From: Candidatus Latescibacterota bacterium
GTDB lineage: Bacteria; Latescibacterota; UBA2968; GCA-2709665
Length of the DNA stretch: 64,000 bases
Reading direction: 5' to 3'
Assembly: GCA_965219455.1 (NCBI GenBank)
Contig: OZ244744.1
Location: 1,152,001-1,216,000 of the forward strand
Both the position numbers and the translations under genes were made by a program. Positions within the stretch are counted from its first letter, which is position 1; every line of letters begins with the position of its first letter. This document shows positions 10,004 to 19,149 of the stretch, in pieces. The notes below the pieces were generated by a model. The model saw nothing but the letters and a program-made list of their open reading frames with translations. It did not search any database and was not told the origin of the DNA.

Positions 10004-10869
10004 CTAGATCGCGTCAATGGCGTTTCCTGAACACACGGTCGGGAAACGCTTTTTTCAATATGGCGGTGGACGAAGCCATTGTGCGCGGCGTCGAGGGCGG
10101 GACCGCACCGCCCACGGTCCGGACGTTTGGCTGGACGCCGCCGGCCGTCTCGTTCGGCTATGCCCAGAGGATCGATCGTGAAATCGACGCGGATCGATGC
10201 AGGGAGCGCGGCATTCACCTTGTCCGCCGTCCGAGCGGCGGTCGCGCCGTACTCCACTGGAACGAGCTGACCTACAGCGTGCTGTGCCGGGCCGACGACC
10301 CCCTGCTGGGCGGCTCCATTCAGGAGTCCTACCGGAACATCAGCGCCTGCCTGGTTGCGGGCCTTCGACTCCTTGGCATAGCCGCCGAGTTCGAGCCACG
10401 CCGCACTCCCGTTTCGTCGCCGCGCGGCGCGGGTCTCACGTCACCCTGTTTTTCGAGCACCACGCAGTACGAGGTGACGGTTGACGGCAAGAAGATCATC
10501 GGCAGCGCACAGCGACGCCTTGGCGATATGCTGCTTCAACACGGCTCGTTGCTTCTGGGCCCGGAACACAAGCGCCTCATCGATCTCATGCCGGACCGCG
10601 GACAGCCCCTGAAAGAACGCTTTCGACGGGAATTGGACCGCCACACCATCTCCCTGGAGGAAGCCGGCCAACCCGCAGACTTCAACACCGTCGCGCGTGC
10701 CCTGCGGGACGGTGTTGAGAAAACCCTCGACGTCGCCCTGGTTGAATCGCCGTTGACTCAGGAGGAAAAGGCCGACGCCGATGGTCTCATCGCGACGAAG
10801 TATGGTACGGACGCCTGGAACTTCGGAGACAGGGCGCAGGAACCCCGGGTCGTCCGACGCATCATCTGA
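9961..10869 (+). CDS. Lipoate-protein ligase / octanoyltransferase (LplA/LipM-like)
   Basis: WRFL, NMAVDEA, VRRPSGGRAVLH, KKIIGSAQ and LQHGS motifs. The present start lies inside the MITE (see findings). Confidence 0.9.
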   Translation: MNRRKNGEVFLGQDTRSRQWRFLNTRSGNAFFNMAVDEAIVRGVEGGTAPPTVRTFGWTPPAVSFGYAQRIDREIDADRCRERGIHLVRRPSGGRAVLHWNELTYSVLCRADDPLLGGSIQESYRNISACLVAGLRLLGIAAEFEPRRTPVSSPRGAGLTSPCFSSTTQYEVTVDGKKIIGSAQRRLGDMLLQHGSLLLGPEHKRLIDLMPDRGQPLKERFRRELDRHTISLEEAGQPADFNTVARALRDGVEKTLDVALVESPLTQEEKADADGLIATKYGTDAWNFGDRAQEPRVVRRII

Positions 10870-10880
10870 AAACCAGTTAG

Positions 10881-10918
10881 CAGTCCGTTGATAAAGTTGC
10901 TCTGCAGGCGAGGCCGAG
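10881..10918. mobile_element. Half-copy of MITE family A
   Basis: cagtccgttgataaagttgctctgcaggcgaggccgag matches the left end of 13503-13560 and 34961-35147. Confidence 0.75.
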
Positions 10919-10971
10919 CCCGTGTCCCACAAGCCGGCCCCTTATCGCCTCGCCTTCGATTCTCCAAAAGC

Positions 10972-11412
10972 ATGGACAAACCCAAGACGCGCCGAACGTC
11001 CTCCGAACTCCGCTGGACCGTTCATCCCCTCCGGGACGAACCGCCTGCAAAAACGGCCTTGCTCATCTTCATCGTCCTCGGGTTCTCGGTTCTGGTTGCA
11101 ATCGCGTTCGACGCGCCGGCGTTCGGTTACCTGTCGGCCGTGCTGCTCACGGCTTCGATGTCCCGCTACTTTCTCCCCACGCGATACGCGCTCCAGGAAA
11201 GTCATATCCTGATTGCACACCTGGGCGCACGGCGGACAATTCCCTGGAACCGGATTCGCCGGCGTACCGTCGGCCCCGACGGCGTCTTTCTCAGCCCATT
11301 CGCCAGCCCACATCGGCTCGATCCGTTTCGAGGATGTTTTTTGCGGCTTCGTGACAATCGGGACGAGGTCATCCACTATGTTGAAACCCGCCTCGCGGAT
11401 GCAGCGCCTTAG
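10972..11412 (+). CDS. Hypothetical membrane protein (2 TM plus a bPH-like beta domain)
   Basis: ATG at 10972; two hydrophobic helices followed by YFLPTRY...LSPF..P.RLDPFRG. Confidence 0.75.
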   Translation: MDKPKTRRTSSELRWTVHPLRDEPPAKTALLIFIVLGFSVLVAIAFDAPAFGYLSAVLLTASMSRYFLPTRYALQESHILIAHLGARRTIPWNRIRRRTVGPDGVFLSPFASPHRLDPFRGCFLRLRDNRDEVIHYVETRLADAAP

Positions 11413-11725
11413 GACCTGGTGCGAACACGCTTTCGCCGTCAACCCGCCGGAACATCGCATCACCGGGGAAGAGCGTGTTCTTGCGGCGAAAATGGCGGAA
11501 TTCGTGGTTCGCAGGCAAATGACCACGCCCGCGTTGATGGTGCTGGAAGCCGGCCGGCCGCTCAACTTTATAGGCAGTCAGTTTTTGACTTTTCTTTCTC
11601 CCTTTGTCACCCTTATCTTCTCGAGCGTGGAGTATGATCGATTTGTGCGTTTTCTGGAGAAACGGCAGAGCGTGCAGACGCTGATCGATTCTCTCGTGGA
11701 GGCGGAAAACCGACTGAATGGATAA
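11378..11725 (+). CDS. Small conserved hypothetical protein of the GlmL-like/DUF6754 cluster
   Basis: LE..RPLNFIGSQ motif; overlaps the upstream stop and the start of the GlmL-like gene; start may instead be ATG 11399. Confidence 0.75.
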   Translation: MLKPASRMQRLRTWCEHAFAVNPPEHRITGEERVLAAKMAEFVVRRQMTTPALMVLEAGRPLNFIGSQFLTFLSPFVTLIFSSVEYDRFVRFLEKRQSVQTLIDSLVEAENRLNG

Positions 11726-13502
11726 ACCGGACGTCATCATCGCCACGGACTGCGGCAGCACGACCACCAAGGCCATCCTTATCGAGAAGAAAGGAGAGTC
11801 CTACCGGCAGACCTATCGCGGCGAGGCGCCCACCACGGTCGAAGCTCCATTTGAAGACGTCACCCGGGGCGTACTCAACGCCATACAGGAAGTCGAAGAA
11901 CTTTCCGGGCGCGCCATCCTGGACGGCGAACGTATCATCACGCCCGCCGCAGGCGGCCGCGGCGTTGACATCTATGTGTCAACAAGCAGCGCTGGAGGCG
12001 GCCTCCAGATGATGGTGGGCGGTGTTGTCCAGGCAATGACAGGGGAAAGCGCCCAGCGAGCCGCCCTCGGCGCCGGGGCCATCGTGATGGACGTCCTTGC
12101 ATCCAACGACGGCCGCCTGCCGCACCAGAAAATCGAACGCATCCGCCATTTACGACCCGACATGGTGCTTCTCTCCGGCGGAACGGACGGCGGTACCGTG
12201 AGCCACGTGGTGGAACTCGCCGAGTTCATCGCCGCAGCGGACCCCAAACCCAGGTTCGGCGCCGGTTTTCGGCTTCCGGTGATCTATGCCGGAAACAGAG
12301 ACGCCCGGGAGAACGTTCAAAAGGTCCTGGGCGAAAAAACCGCACTGGAACTCACGGACAATATCCGCCCGCGGCTCGAACGCGAAAACCTCGGACCGGC
12401 GCGCCAGGTTATCCACGACCTCTTCCTGGAACACGTGATGGCGCAGGCGCCCGGATACCGCAAACTGATGGAATGGACGGGCGCGCCCATCATGCCCACG
12501 CCCGGCGCGGTCGGCCTGCTCATTCAGACGGTGGCCCGGCGACGGAACATCAACGTCGTGGGTGTGGACATCGGCGGCGCAACCACCGATGTCTTCAGCG
12601 TCTTCGGCGATCGATTCAACCGGACCGTAAGCGCCAACCTGGGCATGTCCTACAGCATCTCCAACGTGCTGGCCGAGGCCGGCCTGCCGAACGTGATGCG
12701 CTGGGTACCCTTCGAAATCGAAGAAGCCGACCTCAGGGACCGCGTCAAAAACAAGATGATCCGTCCAACGACCGTGCCCCAGACGCTGGAGGAACTGCAA
12801 CTCGAACAGGCCATCGCCCGCGAGGCATTGCGTCTGGCGTTCGAGCAACACCGCGCCCTGGCCGTCGGCCTCAAAGGCGTGCAGACGGAACGCACACTCT
12901 CCGACGCCTTCGACCAGACCGGCGCCGGCGAGAGTCTGATTCACATGCCGGATCTGGACCTGCTGGTGGGCAGCGGAGGCGTTCTTTCCCACGCGCCCCG
13001 GCGCGCGCAGTCGGCCGCCATGCTCATCGACGCCTTCCAGCCCCAGGGCTTTACGCGACTGGCCGTTGACAGCATCTTCATGATGCCCCACCTGGGTGTC
13101 CTGACAAGTGTCAACGAACAGGCCGCGACAGAGGTATTCGACCGGGACTGCCTGGTCGATCTGGGTACCTGCGTTGCCCCTGCCGGCCAGGGGAAACCGG
13201 GCGAAGTCTGCGCCACGTACGAAATCGGCCTTTCCGACGGCACCGAGTCCGGCGAACTGAAAATCGGGGCGCTGCATATGTTCCAGGTGGGCCCGGACCA
13301 GGAGGCCGCAGTCACCCTGCATCCCGAGTCGAACTGGAATGCAGGGGCTGGGCCGGGTCAGACGATTCGCCAGACCGTGAAGGGTGGCGCGGCCGGCCTG
13401 ATTCTGGACGGGCGTGGACGGCCGATTCCATTTTCACACGCGGATCGAGCCGGGCGGATTGCCGCCTGGAACAGGGCATTGGACCTCTATCCTCACCATT
13501 AG
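11718..13502 (+). CDS. glmL: GlmL/MutL(OraF)-like ASKHA (actin-fold) ATPase, usually annotated 'glutamate mutase L'
   Basis: TDCGSTTTK (phosphate-1), SSAGGGL, LLSGGTDGG, MPTP, DIGGATTDVFS (phosphate-2) and GSGGVL motifs; no mutase subunits in the window. Confidence 0.85.
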   Translation: MDKPDVIIATDCGSTTTKAILIEKKGESYRQTYRGEAPTTVEAPFEDVTRGVLNAIQEVEELSGRAILDGERIITPAAGGRGVDIYVSTSSAGGGLQMMVGGVVQAMTGESAQRAALGAGAIVMDVLASNDGRLPHQKIERIRHLRPDMVLLSGGTDGGTVSHVVELAEFIAAADPKPRFGAGFRLPVIYAGNRDARENVQKVLGEKTALELTDNIRPRLERENLGPARQVIHDLFLEHVMAQAPGYRKLMEWTGAPIMPTPGAVGLLIQTVARRRNINVVGVDIGGATTDVFSVFGDRFNRTVSANLGMSYSISNVLAEAGLPNVMRWVPFEIEEADLRDRVKNKMIRPTTVPQTLEELQLEQAIAREALRLAFEQHRALAVGLKGVQTERTLSDAFDQTGAGESLIHMPDLDLLVGSGGVLSHAPRRAQSAAMLIDAFQPQGFTRLAVDSIFMMPHLGVLTSVNEQAATEVFDRDCLVDLGTCVAPAGQGKPGEVCATYEIGLSDGTESGELKIGALHMFQVGPDQEAAVTLHPESNWNAGAGPGQTIRQTVKGGAAGLILDGRGRPIPFSHADRAGRIAAWNRALDLYPHH

Positions 13503-13560
13503 CAGTCCGTTGAAAAAGTTGCTCTGCAGGCGAGGCCGGATGGACTTTTTCAACGGGCTG
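13503..13560. mobile_element. 58-bp minimal MITE (family A)
   Basis: TIRs cagtccgttgaaaaagt / actttttcaacgggctg; flanks TTAG/TCAG, and the left flank includes the glmL stop codon. Confidence 0.8.
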
Positions 13561-13584
13561 TCAGGCGTCATAGGGAGACAAACC

Positions 13585-15426
13585 ATGGCTATAGGGCGCA
13601 GGTTGGCAATCCTCGGGCTTTTATGCTTCATTGGGGTCGCATGCAAGGACGAACCCCCGTGGCAGAAGGTTCAGCGCACGCTGATGGAAACGCGGGAAGC
13701 CGCAGCGATCGTTCTGGAGGGAACGGAAAGAGTGTCCGCCATGTACGCCGGCGTCGCGGAACCGGAATTCGGCGACTGGATGGTCCTCCACTTCCTGTCG
13801 GATCCGGAAAATTTCAACCCGTACGTCTCGAACGACTCCGGCGCCTCCGCGGTTCAAAAGTACATCTTCGAATCGCTCCTCGACATCGAGAACAAATCAC
13901 CCTATAAACTCAGAGGGTTGGTTGCAAAAGCACCTCCCACGGTATCCGAAGACAAGCTCACCTATACCTTCGACCTGCGCGACGACGTCCATTTCGCCGA
14001 CGGCAAGCCTCTTTCGGCGGACGACGTCCTCTTCAGCATCAAGGTCATCAAGAACCCCAAAGTTCTGGCCGCCTCGCTCCGCAATTATTACGCGGCCGTC
14101 AGTGACGTCGAGCAGGACGGCAAATACAGAATCAGCTTCGTCTGCCAGGAACCCTACTTCCGGAACAACATCTCCCTGGGCAGCATGCAGATTCTCCCCA
14201 AACACTTCTACGACCCCGACGGCCTGCTGGATCCCGTCGACATACAAAGCCTGATCGACGGCTCCTGGGAAAGCGGTCCGCACGCCGAGCGCGTGCAGCA
14301 GTTTGCCGAGAAATTCAACACCGGATACCACCGGAACATGCTGGGCTCCGGGCCCTATCTCGTGGAAAACTGGGAAGACGACGTGGTCACGGGGCAGAGG
14401 GTTATACTGACCCGCAATCCCAACTACTGGGGAAGGGACCGCGCCGATCTGATGCACAAGGGATACGTGGAGAAAATCGTCTTCAAGATCGTGAACGACC
14501 AGGAGGCCGCGTTTATCGAACTCACGAACGGAAACATCGACTACTTCGGGCTCAGACCCCTGCAATTCAAGGACAAGAGCTGGTCTCCGGACTTTATGGA
14601 CCGGTTCAAGAAGAGCGTGGTTTATTCTTCGGGTTACGTGTACATCGGCTGGAACAACGCACACCCCATCTTCCGCGACAAACGGGTACGCAAAGCCATG
14701 ACGTACCTCACCGACCGGGAAAGCATGGTACTGAACCTTATGTTCGGCCTGGCGGAAACCGTTGAGGGGCCCATTCACAAATTCCGTCCCGAATACAACC
14801 ACGGTCTCGAACCTCACGCCTACGATCCCGACAGAGCGCTCGCACTGCTGGAGGAGGCCGGCTGGGCCGATACCGACAACGACGGCATCCTGGATAAGGA
14901 CATCGACGGCGAGAAACAGCCCTTCAAATTTGAATTCCTCGTCAATTCCGGCAACCAGCTCCGCAAAGACATCGCCCTGGCTCTGCAATATGAACTTCAG
15001 GACATTGGAATCGCCTGCGAGGTGCGTGAACTCGACTGGACCATATTTCTGGACCGGGTCGTTCGAAAAAAGGAATTCGCCGCCTGCACCCTCGGGTGGA
15101 CCGGCAGCCTGCGTCTGCCGCCGGATTCCTACCAGATCTGGCACTCCTCGCAGGCAGACGGCCAGGGTTCAAATTACATCGGTTTCAAAAACGACGAAGT
15201 CGACGGCATCCTGGAAGCCTACCGCAGAGAATTCGATATGGACAAACGCATTGAACTCTACCGGCGGTTTCAGAAAATCCTGTACGACGAACAACCCTAT
15301 ACGTTCCTCTGGAAGTCCCGCAACGCCATATCCTACAGCAGGCGTTTCGCAGGTGACAACTGGTATGCCATTGGCGCGGACACCCAGGAATGGTGGGTAG
15401 GCGCCGGCAACCGGTTGTATCAGTAA
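13585..15426 (+). CDS. oppA: Peptide/nickel ABC transporter substrate-binding lipoprotein (SBP family 5)
   Basis: Signal peptide with lipobox IGVAC; YTFDLRDDVHFADGKPLSADDVLFS, GSGPY and D.RVRKAM motifs. Confidence 0.9.
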   Translation: MAIGRRLAILGLLCFIGVACKDEPPWQKVQRTLMETREAAAIVLEGTERVSAMYAGVAEPEFGDWMVLHFLSDPENFNPYVSNDSGASAVQKYIFESLLDIENKSPYKLRGLVAKAPPTVSEDKLTYTFDLRDDVHFADGKPLSADDVLFSIKVIKNPKVLAASLRNYYAAVSDVEQDGKYRISFVCQEPYFRNNISLGSMQILPKHFYDPDGLLDPVDIQSLIDGSWESGPHAERVQQFAEKFNTGYHRNMLGSGPYLVENWEDDVVTGQRVILTRNPNYWGRDRADLMHKGYVEKIVFKIVNDQEAAFIELTNGNIDYFGLRPLQFKDKSWSPDFMDRFKKSVVYSSGYVYIGWNNAHPIFRDKRVRKAMTYLTDRESMVLNLMFGLAETVEGPIHKFRPEYNHGLEPHAYDPDRALALLEEAGWADTDNDGILDKDIDGEKQPFKFEFLVNSGNQLRKDIALALQYELQDIGIACEVRELDWTIFLDRVVRKKEFAACTLGWTGSLRLPPDSYQIWHSSQADGQGSNYIGFKNDEVDGILEAYRREFDMDKRIELYRRFQKILYDEQPYTFLWKSRNAISYSRRFAGDNWYAIGADTQEWWVGAGNRLYQ

Positions 15427-15505
15427 CCCCGATGCCGACGGACGGAAACGCATCTTTTCCGGATCTCCAATGCACCGAAGTCCGGACGGCGAGGCCTGAA
15501 GCCAG

Positions 15506-16807
15506 ATGATTCAATACATCGTGCATCGCAGTCTGCTGATGATCCCGACGATGATCGGCATCACCCTCATCTCTTTCCTTATCATGCACCTCGCGCCGGG
15601 AGACCCGGTGGACTTTTTTCTCGGGGGCATGGCGGGAGACGAGGGCATCTCGACGGATCGGAAGTCCGATTTCGAAAAAACGCGGGAGGAACTGCGCCGC
15701 CAACTCGGCCTGGACAGGCCGCTGCACATCCAGTACCTGAACTGGTTATCGAGCCTGGTACTACACGTGGAGCCACTGAACAACTTCGAACGCGCGGGCA
15801 GGCGCGTCGACGACTTTCTCGCGGGACTGGGTCCGGAGGAACGACGTGAGTTGGCCGCACTGGAAAACGAGGCGCGGAAAGCGCGGTTCCTTCGCCGTTT
15901 CGAGAAATATCAACCGGACGAGGCGCAGGCGCTCGTCCATTCGTCTTTCTGGGAGAGCAAAACCGTCAAGCTCGAGAACAACTACGAATATACCGGCGCC
16001 GGCCTGCTGCTCTTCCATCTCTTCGATCGGCGCTTTGTCACACTCAATTTCGGTCGTTCTTTCAAAGATCAGCAACCGGTCATCGCCCATATCCTCGCCC
16101 GGGTGCCCATCACCATTGAAATCAACATTATCAGCCTGATCATCGCCTATCTCATCGGACTCCCGCTCGGTATCTGGCTGGCTGTCAAACAGGATACGCG
16201 GACCGATCGCACACTCACCACCGGAACCTTCATCCTGTGGTCCATGCCTTCGTTCTGGGTTGGCATGCTGCTCATCGTGTTTTTCTGCAACAGGGAATTC
16301 CTCTACTGGTTTCCGGCCTCGGGCATCCAATCCCTGGACGCCTCCTCCGACTGGGGCTTCTGGCGGCTGTTAACCGACCACGCCCATCACATGGCCATGC
16401 CGGTACTGGCCTCCAGCTATGCCAGCTTCGCGGGCCTCTCCCGTTTCATGCGAACCAGCATGCTGGAAAATCTAAGACTGGACTACGTGCGCACCGCCCG
16501 GGCGAAGGGCCTGCCTGAGAAGATCGTGATTCTCAGGCACGTCTTCCGCAACTCCCTGATCCCCATCGTGACCATCCTGGCGAATCTGCTTCCGGCCATC
16601 ATTGCCGGCTCGGTCTTCATCGAGACCATCTTCACCATTCCGGGTCTGGGCTTTCTGGGCGTTCAATCCGTGCTCGTTCGCGACTATCCCATGGTAATGG
16701 CCATTCTGACCATCGGTTCGGTCCTCTCGTTGCTGGGCATTCTGCTTGCGGACATCCTCCTGAAAGTCGTGGATCCGCGCATCGAGTTTTCTCGTTCGCA
16801 GGGATAA
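15506..16807 (+). CDS. oppB: Peptide ABC transporter permease (OppB/DppB) with an extra periplasmic insertion
   Basis: LAPGDP, GLDRPL..QY, DYVRTARAKGL (EAA loop), RDYP and DPRI motifs. Confidence 0.92.
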   Translation: MIQYIVHRSLLMIPTMIGITLISFLIMHLAPGDPVDFFLGGMAGDEGISTDRKSDFEKTREELRRQLGLDRPLHIQYLNWLSSLVLHVEPLNNFERAGRRVDDFLAGLGPEERRELAALENEARKARFLRRFEKYQPDEAQALVHSSFWESKTVKLENNYEYTGAGLLLFHLFDRRFVTLNFGRSFKDQQPVIAHILARVPITIEINIISLIIAYLIGLPLGIWLAVKQDTRTDRTLTTGTFILWSMPSFWVGMLLIVFFCNREFLYWFPASGIQSLDASSDWGFWRLLTDHAHHMAMPVLASSYASFAGLSRFMRTSMLENLRLDYVRTARAKGLPEKIVILRHVFRNSLIPIVTILANLLPAIIAGSVFIETIFTIPGLGFLGVQSVLVRDYPMVMAILTIGSVLSLLGILLADILLKVVDPRIEFSRSQG

Positions 16808-16811
16808 ATCT

Positions 16812-17882
16812 ATGGCCGACGGTCCCACGCGCGATCACCCCGAAGCGGACCCTGGAACGCCCGAACCCGAGGCTGTCCAGGAGAGCCAGACCTATTCGAA
16901 GCTGGTCTGGCGGCAGTTCAAAAAAAATCGCCCGGCCCTCTTCAGCCTGGCGGCGATCGGCGTTCTCGCGCTGACGGCGGTGTTCGCGGATTTTCTCGCG
17001 GGCAACAAACCCTACTATATGAAATACCGGGGAAAGACTTATTTCCCGGCCTTTCGCCAGTACGCCGTCTATCTCGGACTGGCCGATTGGCCGGCGCCGC
17101 TCAGGAGAAAAAGAAACTTCAAACGCCTCAGGTCCGAATACGCTATTTTTCCGCCCGTTCCCTATGGTCCAAGCGACGTCAATCTCGGCGAAAAGTACCA
17201 GCCGCCCGGCACGACGCATTTTCTGGGTACGGATCGGCTGGGCCGCGACGTACTTTCCGGATTGATTCACGGATCCCGATACGCGCTCACCATTGGCCTG
17301 GTCTCGGTAACGATCTCGATGATCATCGGCGTCTCCCTGGGCGCGGTGGCTGGCTATTTCGGGGGTTGGCCCGATCTGATTCTATCCCGTCTGTTCGAAC
17401 TCTGGGCCGCCATCCCCGCCCTCTTTCTGATCATCACGGTAGCCGCGTTTTTTCCGCCCAGCCTCTTCTTCGTGATGATCATTCTCGGCTTCACGGGTTG
17501 GGTCGGAATCGCCCGGCTCACCCGGTCGCAATTCCTGCAGGTGAGAAGCTACGACTTTGTTTCCGCGGCCAAGAGCCTGGGATATTCCAGCGGCCGGATC
17601 ATGTTCATCCACATTTTGCCCAACGCAATTGCGCCAGTGCTGATCCCGGCGGCCTTCGGGGTGGCGGGCGCCATTCTGGCGGAATCCGGCCTCAGCTTTC
17701 TCGGCATTGGCGTACCCGCGGAGGCCATCACGTGGGGTGCGATCCTCGCCGGCGCCCGAAGCAATTTCTCGGCATGGTGGCTGGTCATCGTACCCGGTTT
17801 CGCCATCTTTATCACCGTAACCCTCTACAACCTGCTTGGTGACGGCCTTCGAGACGCCCTGGATCCCAAGATGAAAGTCTGA
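16812..17882 (+). CDS. oppC: Peptide ABC transporter permease (OppC/DppC)
   Basis: WRQFKKNR, HFLGTDRLGRD, HILPN, LSFLGIG and NLLGDGLRDALDP motifs. Confidence 0.93.
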   Translation: MADGPTRDHPEADPGTPEPEAVQESQTYSKLVWRQFKKNRPALFSLAAIGVLALTAVFADFLAGNKPYYMKYRGKTYFPAFRQYAVYLGLADWPAPLRRKRNFKRLRSEYAIFPPVPYGPSDVNLGEKYQPPGTTHFLGTDRLGRDVLSGLIHGSRYALTIGLVSVTISMIIGVSLGAVAGYFGGWPDLILSRLFELWAAIPALFLIITVAAFFPPSLFFVMIILGFTGWVGIARLTRSQFLQVRSYDFVSAAKSLGYSSGRIMFIHILPNAIAPVLIPAAFGVAGAILAESGLSFLGIGVPAEAITWGAILAGARSNFSAWWLVIVPGFAIFITVTLYNLLGDGLRDALDPKMKV

Positions 17883-17946
17883 GACCGGAGCTGCCCGCCG
17901 ATTGACGGCACCGGCGGGTCGATGCACCTCACGGAATCCTTAACCC

Positions 17947-19068
17947 ATGGCGCATACGTACACCCCCGGCCTGCGCGTCACCCGCAGGGCGACCATACGG
18001 AAGAGACGCCAGTTGCCGCTCACCGGAGAGGTGCTGGTTTCGGAGGGCGAATCCGTACAGCGCGACCGGGTCGTGGCCCGGACCGATCTGCCCGGTAACG
18101 TGACCACCCTGAACCTGGTCAACAGGCTGGGCGTCACCCCCGACGAACTCCCGACCTTCATGCTCAAGGAGGAGGGTGAGCCGGTCGAGGCCGGGGAACC
18201 CATTGCCGAAACCAGGCCATTCATCAGATGGTTCAAAAACACGGTGGCGTCGCCGGTCACAGGCACCGTGGAAAGCGTATCGCCCATTACCGGCCAGGTC
18301 ATCCTGCGCGGTCCGCCCTGTCCCGTGCAGGTAAGGGCCTACGTGGACGGCGCCGTTGTGGAAATCATTCCCGGCGAAGGGGTCGTAATTGAAACCGCCG
18401 GCGCCTTTCTTCAGGGCATTTTTGGAATTGGCGGCGAGAGCTGGGGCCCGATCCGTACGCTTGCCGCAACCCCCGAAGAGCGGCTCTCGGAGGAGCGGAT
18501 CGACGCCTCCTGTGCCGGGAAAATTCTCATTGCCGGGGGCCTCGTTACCCTCGATCTCATCCGGACGGCGCGGACAATCGGAGCAGCCGGCCTCATTGGC
18601 GGGGGCATTCGTGACGACGACCTGCGGAGCCTGCTCGGGTACGACCTCGGCGTGGCCATTACCGGCGCCGAGGAAATTGGCCTCACCGTCGTGGTCACGG
18701 AAGGATTCGGCGACATCGCCATGGCGCGTAAGACATTCGATATCCTGAACGAAAGGAACGGCGACGAGGCCTCTATCTCGGGCGCAACCCAGATCCGGGC
18801 CGGCGTCCTTCGTCCCGAAATCATCGTTCCGGATCCGGAAGGTTCGTCCATCGCCGAGGATATCGTCGACCGGGAAGGCCTTTCCATTGGAGATCCGATC
18901 CGTACAATACGGGCGCCCTATTTCGGAAAAACCGGCGTGATCACCGGCCTGCCATCCGAACTGGCGGCCGTCGAATCGGAAATCCGTGTACGCGTCCTGG
19001 AAGTTCAGTTCGAGAACGGACAACAGGCCGTGATCCCCCGAGTAAACGCCGAAAGGATTGAAGCGTAA
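17947..19068 (+). CDS. Conserved hypothetical soluble protein with repeated barrel-sandwich-hybrid motifs and a KOW-like C-terminus
   Basis: MAHTYTPGL; V..GE.V/EGE.V.AGE.IA...SPVTG.V repeats; QGIFGIGGE; TQIRAGV.RPEI; L.IGD.IR.IRAPYFG. Confidence 0.85.
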   Translation: MAHTYTPGLRVTRRATIRKRRQLPLTGEVLVSEGESVQRDRVVARTDLPGNVTTLNLVNRLGVTPDELPTFMLKEEGEPVEAGEPIAETRPFIRWFKNTVASPVTGTVESVSPITGQVILRGPPCPVQVRAYVDGAVVEIIPGEGVVIETAGAFLQGIFGIGGESWGPIRTLAATPEERLSEERIDASCAGKILIAGGLVTLDLIRTARTIGAAGLIGGGIRDDDLRSLLGYDLGVAITGAEEIGLTVVVTEGFGDIAMARKTFDILNERNGDEASISGATQIRAGVLRPEIIVPDPEGSSIAEDIVDREGLSIGDPIRTIRAPYFGKTGVITGLPSELAAVESEIRVRVLEVQFENGQQAVIPRVNAERIEA

Positions 19069-19149
19069 TGTACCCGGCGCCCGACCGCCACTTCCGTCCT
19101 CGCCCCAACAGATCCGGCGCGCCTGAATAGGACCGCCAGGAGACCCGCA

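Noticed and set aside
11718-13502. Glutamate/methylaspartate mutase pathway
   Set aside because: No B12-binding or catalytic mutase subunit and no methylaspartate ammonia-lyase in the window.
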